Shown here: positions 9,134-22,309 of the stretch, in pieces
Layout of the letters: the number at the start of each line of letters is the position of its first letter
Position numbering within the stretch: the stretch's first letter is position 1
Assembly: GCF_004010195.1 (NCBI RefSeq)
Contig: NC_057720.1
Coordinates: forward strand, 485,751-538,209
Source: Chiloscyllium plagiosum
Lineage: Eukaryota
Direction: 5' to 3'
Length of the DNA stretch: 52,459 bases
The notes under the pieces: generated by a model
What the model was told of the DNA's origin: nothing
Database searches by the model: none
The model's input: only the letters and a program-made list of their open reading frames with translations
Made by a program: the position numbers and the translations under genes

Positions 9134-10755
9134 GAACAAAGAACAAAAGAACATTACAGCACAGGAACAGGCCCTTCGGCCCTCCAAACCTGTGCCAATC
9201 CAGATCCTTTATCTAAACCTGTCGCCTATCTCCTAAGGATCTGTATCCCTCTGCTCCCTGCCCATTCATGTATCTGTCCAGATACATCTTCAATGATGCT
9301 ATCATTCCCCTCCCTACCACCTCCGATGGCAACGCATTCCAGGCCCCCACCACCCGCTGCATGAAGAACTTTCCACGTATATCTCCACTAAACCTTTCCC
9401 CTCTCTGTTTGAACTCATGACCCCTAGTAATTGAGTCCCCACTCTGGGAAACAGCTTCTTGCTATCCAGCCTGTCTATACCTCTCATGGTTTTACAGGCC
9501 TCAATCAGGTCCCCCCTCAGCCTCCTCCTTTCTAATGAAAATAATCCAAATCTACTCAACCTGTATTCATAGCTACCACCCTCCATACCAGGCAACATCC
9601 TGGTGAACCTCCTCTGCACTCTCTCCAAAGCATCCACATCCTTTGGGAATGTGGCAACCAGATCTGTACACAGTATTCCAAATGTGGTCAAACCAAAGTC
9701 CTATACAGCTGTAACATGACCTGCCAACCCTTGTACTCAAAACCCCGTCTGATGAAGGACAGCATGCTGTATGCCTTCTTGACCACTTTACTGACCTGCG
9801 TTGCCACCTTAAGGGTACAATGGACATGAACACCCAGATCTCTCTGTGCATCAATTTTCCCCAGGACTTTTCCATTTACTGTATAGTTCGCTCTGGAATT
9901 GCATCTTCCAAAATGTATCACCTCACATTTGTCCGGATTGAACTCCATCAGCCATTTCTCTGGCCAGCTCTCCAACCTATCTATATTCTGCTGTACCCCT
10001 TCACTATCTGCTACTCCACCAATCTTAGTGTCATCTGCAAACTTACTAATGAGGCAACCTACACCTTCCTCCAAATCAGTTATGTATATCACAAACAACA
10101 GTGGTCCCAGCATGGATCCCTGTGGGACACCGCTGCTCACAGCTCTCCATTTTGAGAAGTTTCCTTCCACTACGACTCTCTGTCTCCTGTTGCCCAGCCA
10201 GTTCTCTATCTATCCAGCTAGTACACCCTGGACTCCATGTGACTTCACTTTCTCCATCAGCTTACCATGGGGAACCTTACTAAAGTCCATGGATATACCA
10301 TCTACACACCTTCCCTCATTAATCATTTATGTCACCTCTTCAAAGAATTCTATTAAGTTGGTAAGACATGACCTTCCCTGGACAAGACCATGCTGCCTAT
10401 CACTGATTACCCTATTTTCTTCCAAATGGGTACATATCCTATCCCTCAGTATCTTCTCCAGTCGCTTCCCTACCACTGACATCAGACTCACTGTTCTATA
10501 ATTACCTGGATTATCCCTGCTATCCTTCTTAAACAAGGGGACAACATCAGCAATCCTCCAGTCCTCTGGGACCTCACCCATGTTCAATGATGCTGCAAAG
10601 ATATCTGTTAAAGCCCCAGCTATTTCCTCTCCCCCTTCCCTCAGTAACCTGGGGTAGATCCCATCCGGTCCTGGGGACTTTGAGAATACCCAACCTTAAT
10701 GCCTTTGAGAATACCCAACACTTCCTCCCTCCTTATGCTGACTTGACCTTGAGTA
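9134..10755 (-). mobile_element. CR1 LINE, 3' 1.6 kb of ORF2 (RT), disrupted
   Basis: VPEDWRIADVVPLFKK, GVPQGSMLGPLLF, KFADDTK and LERVQRRFTRMLPG across frameshifts. 3' tail is (TTTGTTC)n. Confidence 0.95.
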
Positions 10756-11689
10756 ANNNNNNNNNNNNNNNNNNNNNNNNNNNNNNNNNNNNNNNNNNNN
10801 NNNNNNNNNNNNNNNNNNNNNNNNNNNNNNNNNNNNNNNNNNNNNNNNNNNNNNNNNNNNNNNNNNNNNNNNNNNNNNNNNNNNNNNNNNNNNNNNNNNN
10901 NNNNNNNNNNNNNNNNNNNNNNNNNNNNNNNNNNNNNNNNNNNNNNNNNNNNNNNNNNNNNNNNNNNNNNNNNNNNNNNNNNNNNNNNNNNNNNNNNNNN
11001 NNNNNNNNNNNNNNNNNNNNNNNNNNNNNNNNNNNNNNNNNNNNNNNNNNNNNNNNNNNNNNNNNNNNNNNNNNNNNNNNTGAATCTGGCATTTATATAT
11101 TTCCTGACAGTTTGAGCAAACATGTCAAGCCCAGGGTAGCGGCCCTCCGGTGGGGTCCATGTTGACACCTTCTTTGGTCGCTCCTCTACAGATCCCTGTG
11201 ATGACTGTTCCAGTTCATCAGTGGGCTCATTGGGATCACTGCCGGCACCTTGAAAGAATTCCCAGAGTCTCATTCGTCACCCTTACAGACACACACACTC
11301 CCACAGGCATTCTCTCAGAGACTTAGACCACTTTACACTCATGCACACACACATATACTCTCTCTCACAGACACTCACAACCCCCCACCCCAGACACACG
11401 CACACACTCCCACACGCACCCCCTCACAGACTTAAGACACTATACTCACTACGCACACACACATACATTCCCTCTGACAACCCCCTACCCAGACAGACAT
11501 GCACACAGACAAAGACCCACAGGCACACATATATTTTGTGGGGTGAATTTGTACTTGCAGAGCTACATTGTACATTGCCTAAAAACTGCATGAATTCATG
11601 TAAAACTCTGCGATCTCACTTTTTAGATTAGAATCAATCTAAACATCATGGCATAGACAGAGAACACAGGAAGCTAACACCTTCAATAA

Positions 11690-12013
11690 GGGGACATAAA
11701 TTTAAGGTGAAGGGTGGAAGGTATAGGGGNNNNNNNNNNNNNNNNNNNNNNNNNNNNNNNNNNNNNNNNNNNNNNNNNNNNNNNNNNNNNNNNNNNNNNN
11801 NNNNNNNNNNNNNNNNNNNNNNNNNNNNNNNNNNNAAATTGCCCGTAGTGTTAGGTAAGGGGTAAATGTAGGGGTATGGGTGGGTTGCGCTTCGGCGGGG
11901 TGGTGTGGACTTGTTGGGCTGAAGGGCCTGTTTCCACACTGTAAGTAATCTAATCTAAAAAAAAACATCGTGGGCCGAAGGGCCTGTTCTGTGCTGTATT
12001 GTTCTATGTTCTA
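11690..12013 (+). mobile_element. CR1 3' end with an HE1 SINE (11836-11960) inside it, nested in the PLE
   Basis: RGHKFKVKGG-like start, N gap, HE1 3' half ending (TAATC)n, then the CR1 tail TGTTCTATGTTCTA. Confidence 0.8.
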
Positions 12014-12234
12014 AATTGTCTAGCTATCACCATTGTTAACAACTAACCGGAGAATGCAACTTTTTAAAAAAAGGTTTTGTGATTTACACATGAAAGAAGT
12101 GAAACTATCATGGTATTCAAACAGATGAAAGACTCAACAGACAATCCAGGTATTTTTCAATGTATAATTTCAGTTACATCACACTGTAAAGTTTTGCTAT
12201 AAATTCTGTGCCTTAGATTTGAGCCCTCCACTAC

Positions 12235-12269
12235 CATCTGATGAAGGAGCGCTGCACCGAAAGCTAGTG
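12235..12269 (+). ncRNA. Minimal type I hammerhead ribozyme motif (PLE-associated), one stem II mismatch
   Basis: cat-CTGATGA-a-GGAGC-gct-GCACC-GAAA-gc-TA-gtg. Confidence 0.6.
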
Positions 12270-12359
12270 CTTCCAATTAAACCTGTTGGACCACAACCTG
12301 GTGTTGTGTGATTTTTTTACTTTGTACACCCCAGTCCAACACCGGCATCTCCAAATCAG

Positions 12360-14225
12360 AACTGTACACAATATTCCAAGTGCGGCCGCACCAGCGTTTT
12401 GTATCCTGTCTGCCTGTGGAGTAATCTCATCAAAAACCTTCTGAAAATCCAAATATACCACAGCCATAAACTTTTCCTTCTCAATGTTGTTAATAACATC
12501 TTCAAAAATCTTCAATTAGTTCATCAAACATGATTTCCCATTTGCAAATCCATGCTGACTGTGCCCAATCAGATTACTAAAACCAAGGGTCCAGTTGTCA
12601 AATCGTTTGGAACAGATTCTAAACATTTCCCCAGGAACAGGTTGAGAGGTCCTGGTTTTCTTTATCATCTTTCTTAAATAGTGGGTGATATTTGCAACTT
12701 TTCAATTCGAGAAATCATTCCAGAATCTATAAAAGATGATCACTCATGCATCAACAAACTCTCGAGCCACCTCCTTCTAATCCTCTGAGATGTGGAATAT
12801 CAGCTCCTAGCGATTTATTTCAGCCTTGTTAATTTATCCAATATAGTCTTCTTAAGGAAACTAATTTCCATCAACTCCTCACTCTCCTTAGTCTTTTTTG
12901 AGGAAGTAACAAACAAGGTGGGTACAGAGGGATCTGTAGCTGGGTGTACTTAAATTTCTAAAAGATATTTGATAAGATGCCTATTAATGTCATTACATAG
13001 AGCCGAGAATTTAGTTGCTAAAGGATTGGTCAGCAACAGCAAGAAGACCAGGGGACACTTGTTGAATGTTGGAAAGCTGGAACAGATGGAGAACCATGGG
13101 GCCTGTGTTGGGAACCTGATCAATGACTTGGATAAAGAGAGATGAACATGTAGTTACTCAATTGGCAGATGGCACCAGGAGACATAGGCAACTTAGTTAT
13201 CACGAGCAGATGGAGAGTTCCCAAAGGGATATAGACAAGATCAGTGAATAGACAAAAATTTGACAGAGGCAGTATAACATGAGAAACTATGATATTTTCA
13301 GGAGTCAAAAAGAATAGAAAAGCAGAATATTATTTAAATGAAGTAAGACGGAAAAGCAGGGAGGTACAGACGGATGTGGGTCCCCTGGAAGCTAGTCTGC
13401 AGGCACAGTGAGTCTTTAGGGAAAACAAGGGGGGGAGGGGGTGCAATGGCCTGGTGTTATTTTCACAAGACTATATTCCAGAGATTCAGGGACTTGAGTT
13501 TTAATCCCACAATGGCAGATGGTGGAATCTGAATCAAATAATAATCTGGAGTCGAGGGTCTGATGATGACCACAAATCCATTGCCAATTGCTGGAAAAAC
13601 ACATCTGATTTACTAATGCTCATTGAAAGGAAACCTGCCATCCTTACCTGGTCTGGCCTCTGGGCAATTAGGGATGGGTAATAAATGCTGTTCTAACCAG
13701 TGACACACACATCCCATGAATAAAAAACAATGGCATTTACTACTCGATGATTGGAGAGCATGACAAAGTGGTCTTGGTACAATGTATGGGCCTCACCTGG
13801 TATACTTTGTGTAGTTTGGTCGCCATATCAGAAAAAGGATGAAATTGTAATTGAAGCAGTTCAGGGAAGATAGTCATGACCCATCTCTAGGAGAAGTCTG
13901 TCTGAAAGTCACTGTTCAAGGATTCTCCAAGATCCAAATTTCTCCAGCAATTTCAGAGGGTCTTGATTTGAAATGGAGAGGAGGGGAATTTCTGCTTGGA
14001 GAGAGATGCTGGTCTGTGAAATTCCCTTTCCAAAGTGTAGTGGAGGCTGGGCCACAGGCTGTATTAGATTGATTGCTTTTAATTGTAGAGGAAGGTTCTG
14101 GGGAGGAATACTGGAAAACAGAGATGGCATCACAATCAGGCCAGCCATGATCTTATCAAATGGCAAACCAGGGATCAAAGGGCATTTGGTTTCTCCTGCT
14201 CCTAAGTCCTATGTCTCAATGTTTT
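12360..14225. mobile_element. Old CR1 fragments (minus about 12360-12880, plus about 12890-14225) with a SINE-B at about 13435-13725
   Basis: VVYLDFQKVFD-type motifs on both strands, a CR1 3' UTR near 14130-14225, and a SINE-B head and tail. Confidence 0.65.
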
Positions 14226-14372
14226 GATTCCCTTTCTGACTCTGTATTCATTAAAGTTATGTTTTTAGTGTGTCATCTTTCTTATAATGGCCTAGAAATG
14301 AACTGCTTGCTTACTGATCACAGTCACACACTATACAGGTTATGAAGCAGACATGACAGCAAACCAACCGAT

Positions 14373-14446
14373 ATGTGTGTGTGCGCGCGTGTCTCTGTGT
14401 GTGCGTGTGTGTGTGTGTGTATGTATGTCTGTGTGTGCGCGCGTGT

Positions 14447-14486
<40 letters not shown>

Positions 14487-14610
14487 CTGTGCGTGTGCAA
14501 AAAGACAGACACAAAGAGGCGAAGTGTATGTATGTCTGTGTCTGTCTGTGTGTGCGCGCGTGTCTCTGAATGTGTGTGTGTATGTATGTCTGTGTGTGCG
14601 CGCGTGTCTC

Positions 14611-14641
<31 letters not shown>

Positions 14642-14680
14642 CTGTGCGTGTGCAAAAAGACAGACACAAAAGAGGCGAAC
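14373..14680. repeat. Compound (TG)n/(CG)n microsatellite with higher-order duplication
   Basis: TGTGCGCGCGTGTCTCTG recurs four times. The block GTGCAAAAAGACAGACACAAA(A)GAGGCGAA occurs twice. Confidence 0.9.
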
Positions 14681-14934
14681 TGTCAGGCAGAGCCACAGCA
14701 TTGTATACACACTGCAGTCCTTAAAAACAAGGTATACATGCAAAACTTGCTCCTGATGTACTGTCCCTTCCTCTTCAAATCTGCAGCTACCATCCATCTT
14801 ATGAAGCCCTTATTCACTCTGTGCTCTGGCCTCTGTTATGCTCCCCTGCCGCCCCCCCACCCCACAGGGACCCTTCTTTTGTTCCTTTAACTTTACATCT
14901 CCACACTGCCCCACACCAGCTTTATTTTTTCACA

Positions 14935-15355
14935 TGTTCACTGACAACAGCCAGCAGTCGACCCCATCACCATGTCCCACTCTCCACTCCTCACTTCTCC
15001 CGGCTGCTCCACCGTCTCTAAAATATTAAAAATCACACAACACCAGGCTACAGTCCAACAGTCCATATATTTGATAGTATCTGCTTTCAGAACATTCCAA
15101 AAGCTAGAGTGTCCAAATAAACCTGTTGGACTGTAACCTGGTGTTGGGTGATTTTTAAATTTGTCCACCCCAGTCCAACATCAGCACCTCCTCAACTAAA
15201 ATATTAGACAGAGGATCTGACATCCATAACTGAATGAACAGAAATATCCTCCAATTAAATATTGGGAAGACTGAAGCCACTTTTGGTCCCCATTCCAAAC
15301 TCTGCTCCTTAGCAACGGGCACTGTCCCTTTCCCTGGCAACGGTATGAGCAATAC
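14935..15355 (+). mobile_element. L2-like RT fragment split by a PLE-derived insertion (15029-15195, 11-bp TSD)
   Basis: The L2 motif LQLNIGKTEA is at about 15250. TSD CTAAAATATTA at 15018-15028 and 15196-15206. The insert has inverted arms AAAATCACACAACACCAGG / CCTGGTGTTGGGTGATTTT. Confidence 0.75.
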
Positions 15356-16099
15356 AAGATCCTCAATTCCATAACTGGTCAGTTGGACCTAGGTCTTTGC
15401 TTGAGTTAGATATTTTTATTTTTAGCGTGTTTGAGATATCTTATTTTACACAAAAGATGAGGGTGAGCAAATGAAACTTGGTTTCCTTTGCAGACTTTGT
15501 ACAGTTCTGAGATTAACTGCCCTCTCTCTGATCTGCTATAAAACTGTAACTTAAAAATTCAAAGGTTTATTTCAGGGCAACTGAAAGTCACCTGGTACCA
15601 GTGTATTTCACAAAAGAACCAAAAGCGACATTTCCACAAGTTACCTAACTCTGTGTAATGGTGCCATTTGTAGACGTTTGTGTTAAAGTTGTGCAATCAA
15701 TCACGAAACATCACACAGTTCCTTTTGACCTTTATGTTACCCCACTCTCCCCAAATTAGCATTTTCCCAGGTAATATTCCAAAGAAGTCTATGCAGTCTT
15801 TACAGAAACGTGAATGTAACATTTAATCCTGAGATGAACTTCTCATCTCATTTTTACCATCAATAACATCAGCTAATTCAATCTCCATTGGCTTCCATTA
15901 AAGTGGCCCAATGCTCTGGGAGATCTTGCCTGCAGCTCTCTATAGCCCCTTGGATTTGGAATTTTCTCCATAACCATCTCTGACTTTCCCCCTGGTCAGA
16001 CTCAGGAAAAAGGTTGTGGTTGTTGGAGGTCAGTCATCACAGCTCCAGGACATCTCTGCAGGAGTTCCTCAAGGTAATGCCCGAGGCTCAACCATCCTT

Positions 16100-16385
16100 A
16101 GGGCAGGACAGTGGCTCATAACACCAGGGACCTGGGTTCGATTCTAGCCTTGGACGACTGTCTGTGTGGAGCTTGCATATTCTCCCAGTGTCCAAAGATG
16201 CACAGGTTAGGGTGGATTAGCCATGCTAAACTGCCCCATGGTGTCCAGGGATGTGCAGGATGGGTTAACCATTGAGAATTCAGGGTTACAGGGATAGGGT
16301 AGAGGGTTGGGTCTGGGCAGGATGCTGTTCAAACGGTTGGTGGGACTTGATGGACTGAATGGCCTGCTTCCACATGGTAGGGATT
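16100..16385 (+). mobile_element. HE1-type V-SINE, older, with internal deletions
   Basis: B-box-like GGTTCGATTCT, partial V-domain and HE1 tail. Confidence 0.75.
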
Positions 16386-18550
16386 AGAAACATAGAAGAT
16401 AGGAGCAGGAGGAGACCATTCAGCCCTTTGAGCCTGCTCCACCATTCATCACCATTATGGCTGATCGTCCAACTCAATAGCCTAATCCTGTTTCCTCCCC
16501 ATAACCTTTGACCCCATTCACCCCAAGTGCTTTATGTAGCTGCCTCTTGAATACAGTTAATGTTTTGGCATCAGCTACTTCCTGTGGTAATGCTTTCCAC
16601 AGGATCACCACTCTGTGGGTGAAGAAATGTCTCCTCATCCCTGTCCCAAATAGTCCACCCCGAATCCTCAGACTGTGACCCCTGGTTCTGGATACACCCA
16701 CCATCAGAAACATCCTCCCTGCATCTACCCTGTCTAGTTCTGTTAGAATTTTGGAAGTCTCTATGAGATCCCCCCCATTCGTCTGAACTCCAGTGAAAAC
16801 AATCCTAACCTAGTCAATCTCTCCTCATACATCAGTCCCACTATCCCCGGAATCAGCCTGGGAAACCTTCACTACACTCCCTCGAGAGCAAGAGCATCCT
16901 CTCTCAGTAAAGGAGACCAAAACTGCACACAGTATTCTAGGGGTGACCTCACCAAGGCCCTGTATAACTGGAACTATACATCCCTGCTCCTGTACTCGAA
17001 ACCTCTCTCAGTGAAGGCCAACATCCCATTTGCCTTCTTTCTCACCTGCTGTCCCTGCATGCTTACCTTCAGTGCCTGGTGCACAAGGACACCCAGGTCC
17101 CACTGCACACTCCCCTCTCCCAATTTACACTCATTCAGGTAGGAACCTGCCACCTTGTTTTTGTTCCAAAGTGAATAACCTCACATTCATCCAAATTATA
17201 CTGTATCTGCCATTGGTTTGCTCACTCAGCCAACCTGTCCAGATCATGCTGAAGGATCTCTGCATCCTTATCATAGTTCACCCTCCCACCCAACTTGGTA
17301 TTTACTGTAAACTTTGAGATATTACATTTCGTTCCCTCATCCAAACCATGAATATATTTTGTGAATAGCTCGGGTCCCTGCACCGATCCCTGTGGCACCC
17401 CATAGTTATTGCCTGTAAATTTGAAAAGGACCCATTAATTCCTACTCTTTGTTTCCTCGCTGCCAACCAGTTTTCTATCCATCTCAATACACTTCCCCTA
17501 ATTCCATGCACGTTAATCGTGCACAATAACCTCTTATGTGGGACTTTGTCAAATGCTTTCTGAAAGTCCAAATATACCACATCAACTGGCTCCCCCTTGT
17601 CAACTCTATTAGTTACATTTTCATAGAATTCCAACAGATTTGTCAGGAATGATTTCCCTTCATAAATCCACACTGAATCTGTCAGATTCTGCCAATGCTT
17701 TCTAACTGGTCCAATATAAAGTCCTAGATAATGGATTTGTGAATTTTCCCCACTACCGATGTTAGGCTTACTGGTCTATAATTCCCTGGTTTCTCGCTAT
17801 CTCCCTTTTTGAATATTGGAGAGACGTTAGCTATCCTCCAATCTGCAGGGACTGTACCAGATTCTGTGGAAACCTGGAAGATGACTGACAATAGCTTCTG
17901 CTATTTCTAGAACTATTTCCTTAAGTGCTCTGGGATGTAGATTATCAGGCCCTGGGAATTTACTCAGTTTCAATCTCCTCAATTCATCCAGCACCATTCC
18001 TCTACTAATATTGATCTCCCTCAGTTCTTCCCTCTCACTAAATCTTGCATTCTCCAACATCTCTGGTATCTGATTTGTGTCCTTTTTTGTGAAGACAGAA
18101 GTAAGGTATGCCTTCAGTTGCTCAGCCATTTCTTTGTCCCCAATTTGTCAGGAATGATTTCCCCTTTGTAAATCCACACATTCCCCTGTTTCTGTCTGTA
18201 GTGACCTGCATTTATCATCACCAACCTCTTTCTCTTCACGTATCCATAGAAACTCTTAGTGTAAGTCTTTATGTTCCCTGCAAGCGTACTTTCGTACTGC
18301 ATTTTACCCTTCTTAATCAATCTCTTGGTCCTTCTTTGATGAATTCTAAACTGTTCCCAATCCTCAGACCTATTATTTTTATTGGCCAATCTGTATGCTT
18401 CTTCCTTGGATCAATACTATCTCTAATTTCCTTTGTAAGCCATGGATTGGCTCTCTTACCCATTTTGCCTTTGTATCAGACAGGAATAAACAGTTGTTGC
18501 AGTTCCCCCATGCATTCCTTGAAAGTTTACCATTGCCTATCCACTGTCAT
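16386..18550 (-). mobile_element. CR1 LINE, 5'-truncated, about 2.2 kb, disrupted ORF2
   Basis: PGPDNLHPRALKE, LTNLLEFYE, VVYLDFQKAFDKVPH and RTRGHSLRIRGG. Tail is (TTCTATG)-like. Confidence 0.95.
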
Positions 18551-18979
18551 CCTGACTGGCCTTATTGTTCTGGGATCCCCTGAACAAAGCCTAGCTCCTT
18601 TATTGGTCAAAAGTCTGAAGACAATTGTGGCAAGATTCCTGCCTTACTGGCACAGCAAGCCAGCAGGAACCTGGCATCTGTGGCTGAGACAGCAAGGCAC
18701 GATAAAACCAATGCAGGGATGCTGGAGCATGCAGGTACCCTCAGAGTGAATGAGTTTTATGACAATGAGCAAACAGCCAGAGATGGAGCCTGGCCCAATC
18801 CATAAGCTGGGGCTGAGCATACAGTGTCCTTACTGTAGTGTTACAATGAGAATTGCCAGTCCAGCCTGAGGTGCAGCAATGCAGTGCAGAAGTGTCCTGT
18901 AAGTGGATCAGAGATGGACCATGAGGGTTCTTAGAGGCAGAGACCGTTGTCCATGGATGTGGGATGCATGTAGCCGATG

Positions 18980-21655
18980 GTCATAGGAACAACAGTAGGC
19001 CATTCAGTCCCTCAAGTCTGTTCCACCATTCATTGATATCATGGCTGCACTGTGACCTAACTCCAGAAACCTGCCTTTGGCCCATATCCCTTAATACCTT
19101 TATTTAACAAACGAATTATGGAGCTCAAGTTTAAAATTAACAACTGAGCCAGTATCCACTGCCATTAATGGATGAAGTTAAAAATCACACAACACCAGGT
19201 TATAGTCCAACAGGTTCAATTGGAAGCACTAGCTTTCGGNNNNNNNNNNNNNNNNNNNNNNNNNNNNNNNNNNNNNNNNNNNNNNNNNNNNNNNNNNNNN
19301 NNNNNNNNNNNNNNNNNNNNNNNNNNNNNNNNNNNNNNNNNNNNNNNNNNNNNNNNNNNNNNNNNNNNNNNNNNNNNNNNGCACTTGGAATACTGCGTCC
19401 AGTTCTGGTCGCCCTATTATAGGAAAGATGTGGATGCTTTGGAGAGGGTTCAGAGGAGGTTTACCAGGATGCTGCCCGGACTGGAGGGCTTCTCTTATGA
19501 AGAGAGGTTGACTTTTTTCAACCTCGGACCTTTTTCGTTGGAGAAAAGAAGGAGGAGAGGGGACCTAATTGAGGTATACAAGATAATGAGAGGCATAGAT
19601 AGAGTCGATAGTCAGAGACTATTTCCCAGGGCAGAAATGGCTAACACGAGAGGTCATAGTTTTAAGCTGTTTGGCGGAAAGTATAGAGGGGATGTCAGAG
19701 GCGGGTTCTTTACACAGAGAGTTGTGAGAGCATGGAATGAGTTGTGAGAGCATAAAGCGAGGTCATTGGGGATATTTAAGAGACTGCTGGACATGCATAT
19801 GGTCACAGAAATTTCAGGGTTCGTACATTAGGTTTACCTTCCATGAGGATCAATGGTCGGTACAACATCGTGGGCTGAAGGGCCTGTTCTGTGCTGTACT
19901 GTTCTATGTTCTAAAAGCTGACAAACTGTCCAGAGTCTGATAATCTACATCTCAGAGTACCAAAGGAAGTGGCCTTGGAAAGATTGGAAGCATTGGTAGT
20001 TGTCTTCCAAAATTCTGTAGACTGGAGCAGTTCCCACCAATTGTGAACATAATCCCCTTTTCAAAAAGGGAGGGAGACAAAAACACAGAGAATTATAGAC
20101 CAGTGAGCCCCACATCAGCAGCAGCGAAATTGCTAGAGTCTTTTACAATAAACATGGTAACAGAATAGTTGGAAAGCAGTATTGAATTGAATAAAGCCAG
20201 AATGGATTTGTGATACATAGACAATAGAGACCAGGCATAGGCCATTCAACCCCCTCAAGCCTGTTCCATCATGCAAAATGAACAGGGCTGATCATTCGAC
20301 TCAATGCCCTGTCCCTGTTTTCTCCCTATACCCTTTGATCACTTTAGCCCCAAGAACTACACCTAACCCCTTCTTGAAAATATTCAATATTTTGTCCGTT
20401 ACTGCTTTCAGTGATAGTGACTCCCACAGGCTCACCACGTTTTCCTCATCTCAGTCCGAAATTACCTGTCCCTATCCTCAGACTGACCCGCTAGTTCTGG
20501 ACTCCCAAGTCCTGCGTTTACCTGTCTAGTCCAGCTAGAATTTTACAGGTTTCTATGAGATCTCCCTGACTCATTCCTCTAAGTGGTAGGTAAATCATAA
20601 TGAACAAATTAACTGGAGAATTTTGAAGCCATAAAGAGTAGAATAGACAAGGGAAAGCCAATGGATGTGATATATTTGGATTTTGATAAAATGTCCCTCA
20701 GAAGGGGTTAGACAGCAAAAACACAACACATGCAATGGGGATAACATGTCTGCATAGATCCAGAACTAATTGACAGACAGGAAACAGGTGGCAGGCAGTA
20801 ACGAGTGGAGACTGTAGAGACCAGTGTCAGATCCTCCAGGGTTCACCATATTTATAAATTGTTAGAGTCAATGCTGAGAGATCAGATAAACTGTTATTTA
20901 GACAGGCATTGGACTACTCAGGGATAGAACAAAGAACAAAGAAATTTACAACCCAGGAACAGGCCCTTCGGCCCTCCAAGTCTGAGCCGATCCAAACCCA
21001 CTGTCTAAACCTGCCGGTCAATTCCTAAGCATCTGTGTCCCTCTGCTCCCCACCTACTCACGCATCTGTCCAGGCGCATCTTAAATGAATTTACCATGCC
21101 TTACTGCTGGTAACGTGTTCCAGACGCCCACCACCCTCTGTGTGAAGTACTTGCTGCATGTATCCCCCTTAAACTTTCCACCTTTCACCTTGAAAGCGTG
21201 ACCTCTCGTTATGGAATCCTTCACCCTGGGGAAAAAGCTTGTCTCTATCCACCCTGGTTATATCCTTATGATTTTGTAAACCTCAATCAGGTCCCCCCTC
21301 AATCTCCTTTTTTTATAGTGAAAATAAACCTAACCTACTCGACCTCTCTTCACAGCTAGCACCTTCCATCCCAGGCAACATCCTCGTAAACCTTCTCTGC
21401 ACTTAGTCAACATGGCTTTGCTAAGGGAAAGTCATGCCTTCCACCAGTATCACCTCAGAGGTTAGTGAGTCTTTGGAGTTTTCTACCACACAAGGCCGTG
21501 GAAGCCAAGAAAGACATTGAGCAATTTCTTTGATTTTAGAGAGATGAAAGTAGAGAGCACAAATATGGCACTGAGGTATAGCATCAGCCATGATCAGACT
21601 GATTGCAGAACAGGATCAAAGAGCCAGATGGCCTAACCCTTTTCCTAGTTCCTAC
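18980..21655. mobile_element. Cluster of nested CR1 fragments (19381-19912 plus, 20215-20580 minus, 20926-21402 minus and others) with a PLE terminus at 19168-19239 (minus)
   Basis: HLEYCVQFWSPYYRKDVDALERVQRRFTRMLPG, several CR1 3' tails, and a PLE end running into an N gap. Confidence 0.85.
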
Positions 21656-21659
21656 ATTT

Positions 21660-22095
21660 GACACCATCCAGGATAAACCATCCTGCTGAATTAATACTAT
21701 ATCCCCAAACATCCCCTCCCTCCACCACCCACACTCAGTCGCAGAAGTGTGCACTATCTACAAGATGCTCTGCAACAAACATCCTCAGACAGCACCTTCC
21801 AAACCCAGGATCACTTCCAACTAGAAGGACAAGGGCAGTAGATACATGGGAACACCACTCCACTGCAAGTTCCCCTCCAAGCTCCTCTCATTCTTGACTT
21901 GGAAATATATTGCTGTGCCTTCGCTGTCGCTGGGTCTAAATTCTGATATTTGGGATCCCCCGAAGGGCATTGTGGGTCTACAGTCATGGACTGCAGCAGT
22001 TCAAGAAGGCAGCTCACTCCTACCTTCTCAAGGGGGTAATTAGGGATGGGGCGATAACTACGGGGCCCAGACAGTGATGCCCACATCCAATGTCT
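21660..22095 (+). mobile_element. 3' end of a distinct LINE family (CR1/L2 group) whose tail matches SINE-B
   Basis: Ends ...GCAGTTCAAGAAGGCAGCTCAC...GGGTAATTAGGGATGGGGCGATAA...TGATGCCCACATCC. A related piece sits at about 3020-3086. Confidence 0.65.
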
Positions 22096-22309
22096 TCACA
22101 AATAAATCCTTGGCTCCTTTAAAATTCAGGCGAATATTTACACTTCAAAACAAAACTGCCATTTTCACAATATTCCCCAAAATGGAGTACTGCCAATTTC
22201 ATTCAGACATTTCCCTTCAAATCCGTTTGGAATGTTTATTGTTAGTAAAGGAGGCGTTTCTGTGTAGGTTATTGCTGTTGAGAGAGAGAGAGAGAGCGCG
22301 CAAGGCCCT

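Larger units (their letters stand above)
11081..12360. mobile_element. Penelope-like element remnant: ORF N-terminus on minus (11081-11275) and terminal repeat/UTR on plus (11276-11690, 12014-12360)
   Basis: MRLWEFF...STWTPPEGRYPGLDMFAQ resembles the region just upstream of the vertebrate PLE RT. The plus segment ends in a hammerhead motif and the AAACCTGTTGGAC...CCCCAGTCCAACACC terminus that is also seen near 15120 and 19180. Confidence 0.75.

Noticed and set aside
14311..14890. His/Thr- and Cys/Val-rich ORFs
   Set aside because: Microsatellite translations.
18550..18980. GC-balanced stretch that might be a coding or DNA-transposon relic
   Set aside because: No recognisable motif or splice-bounded frame.
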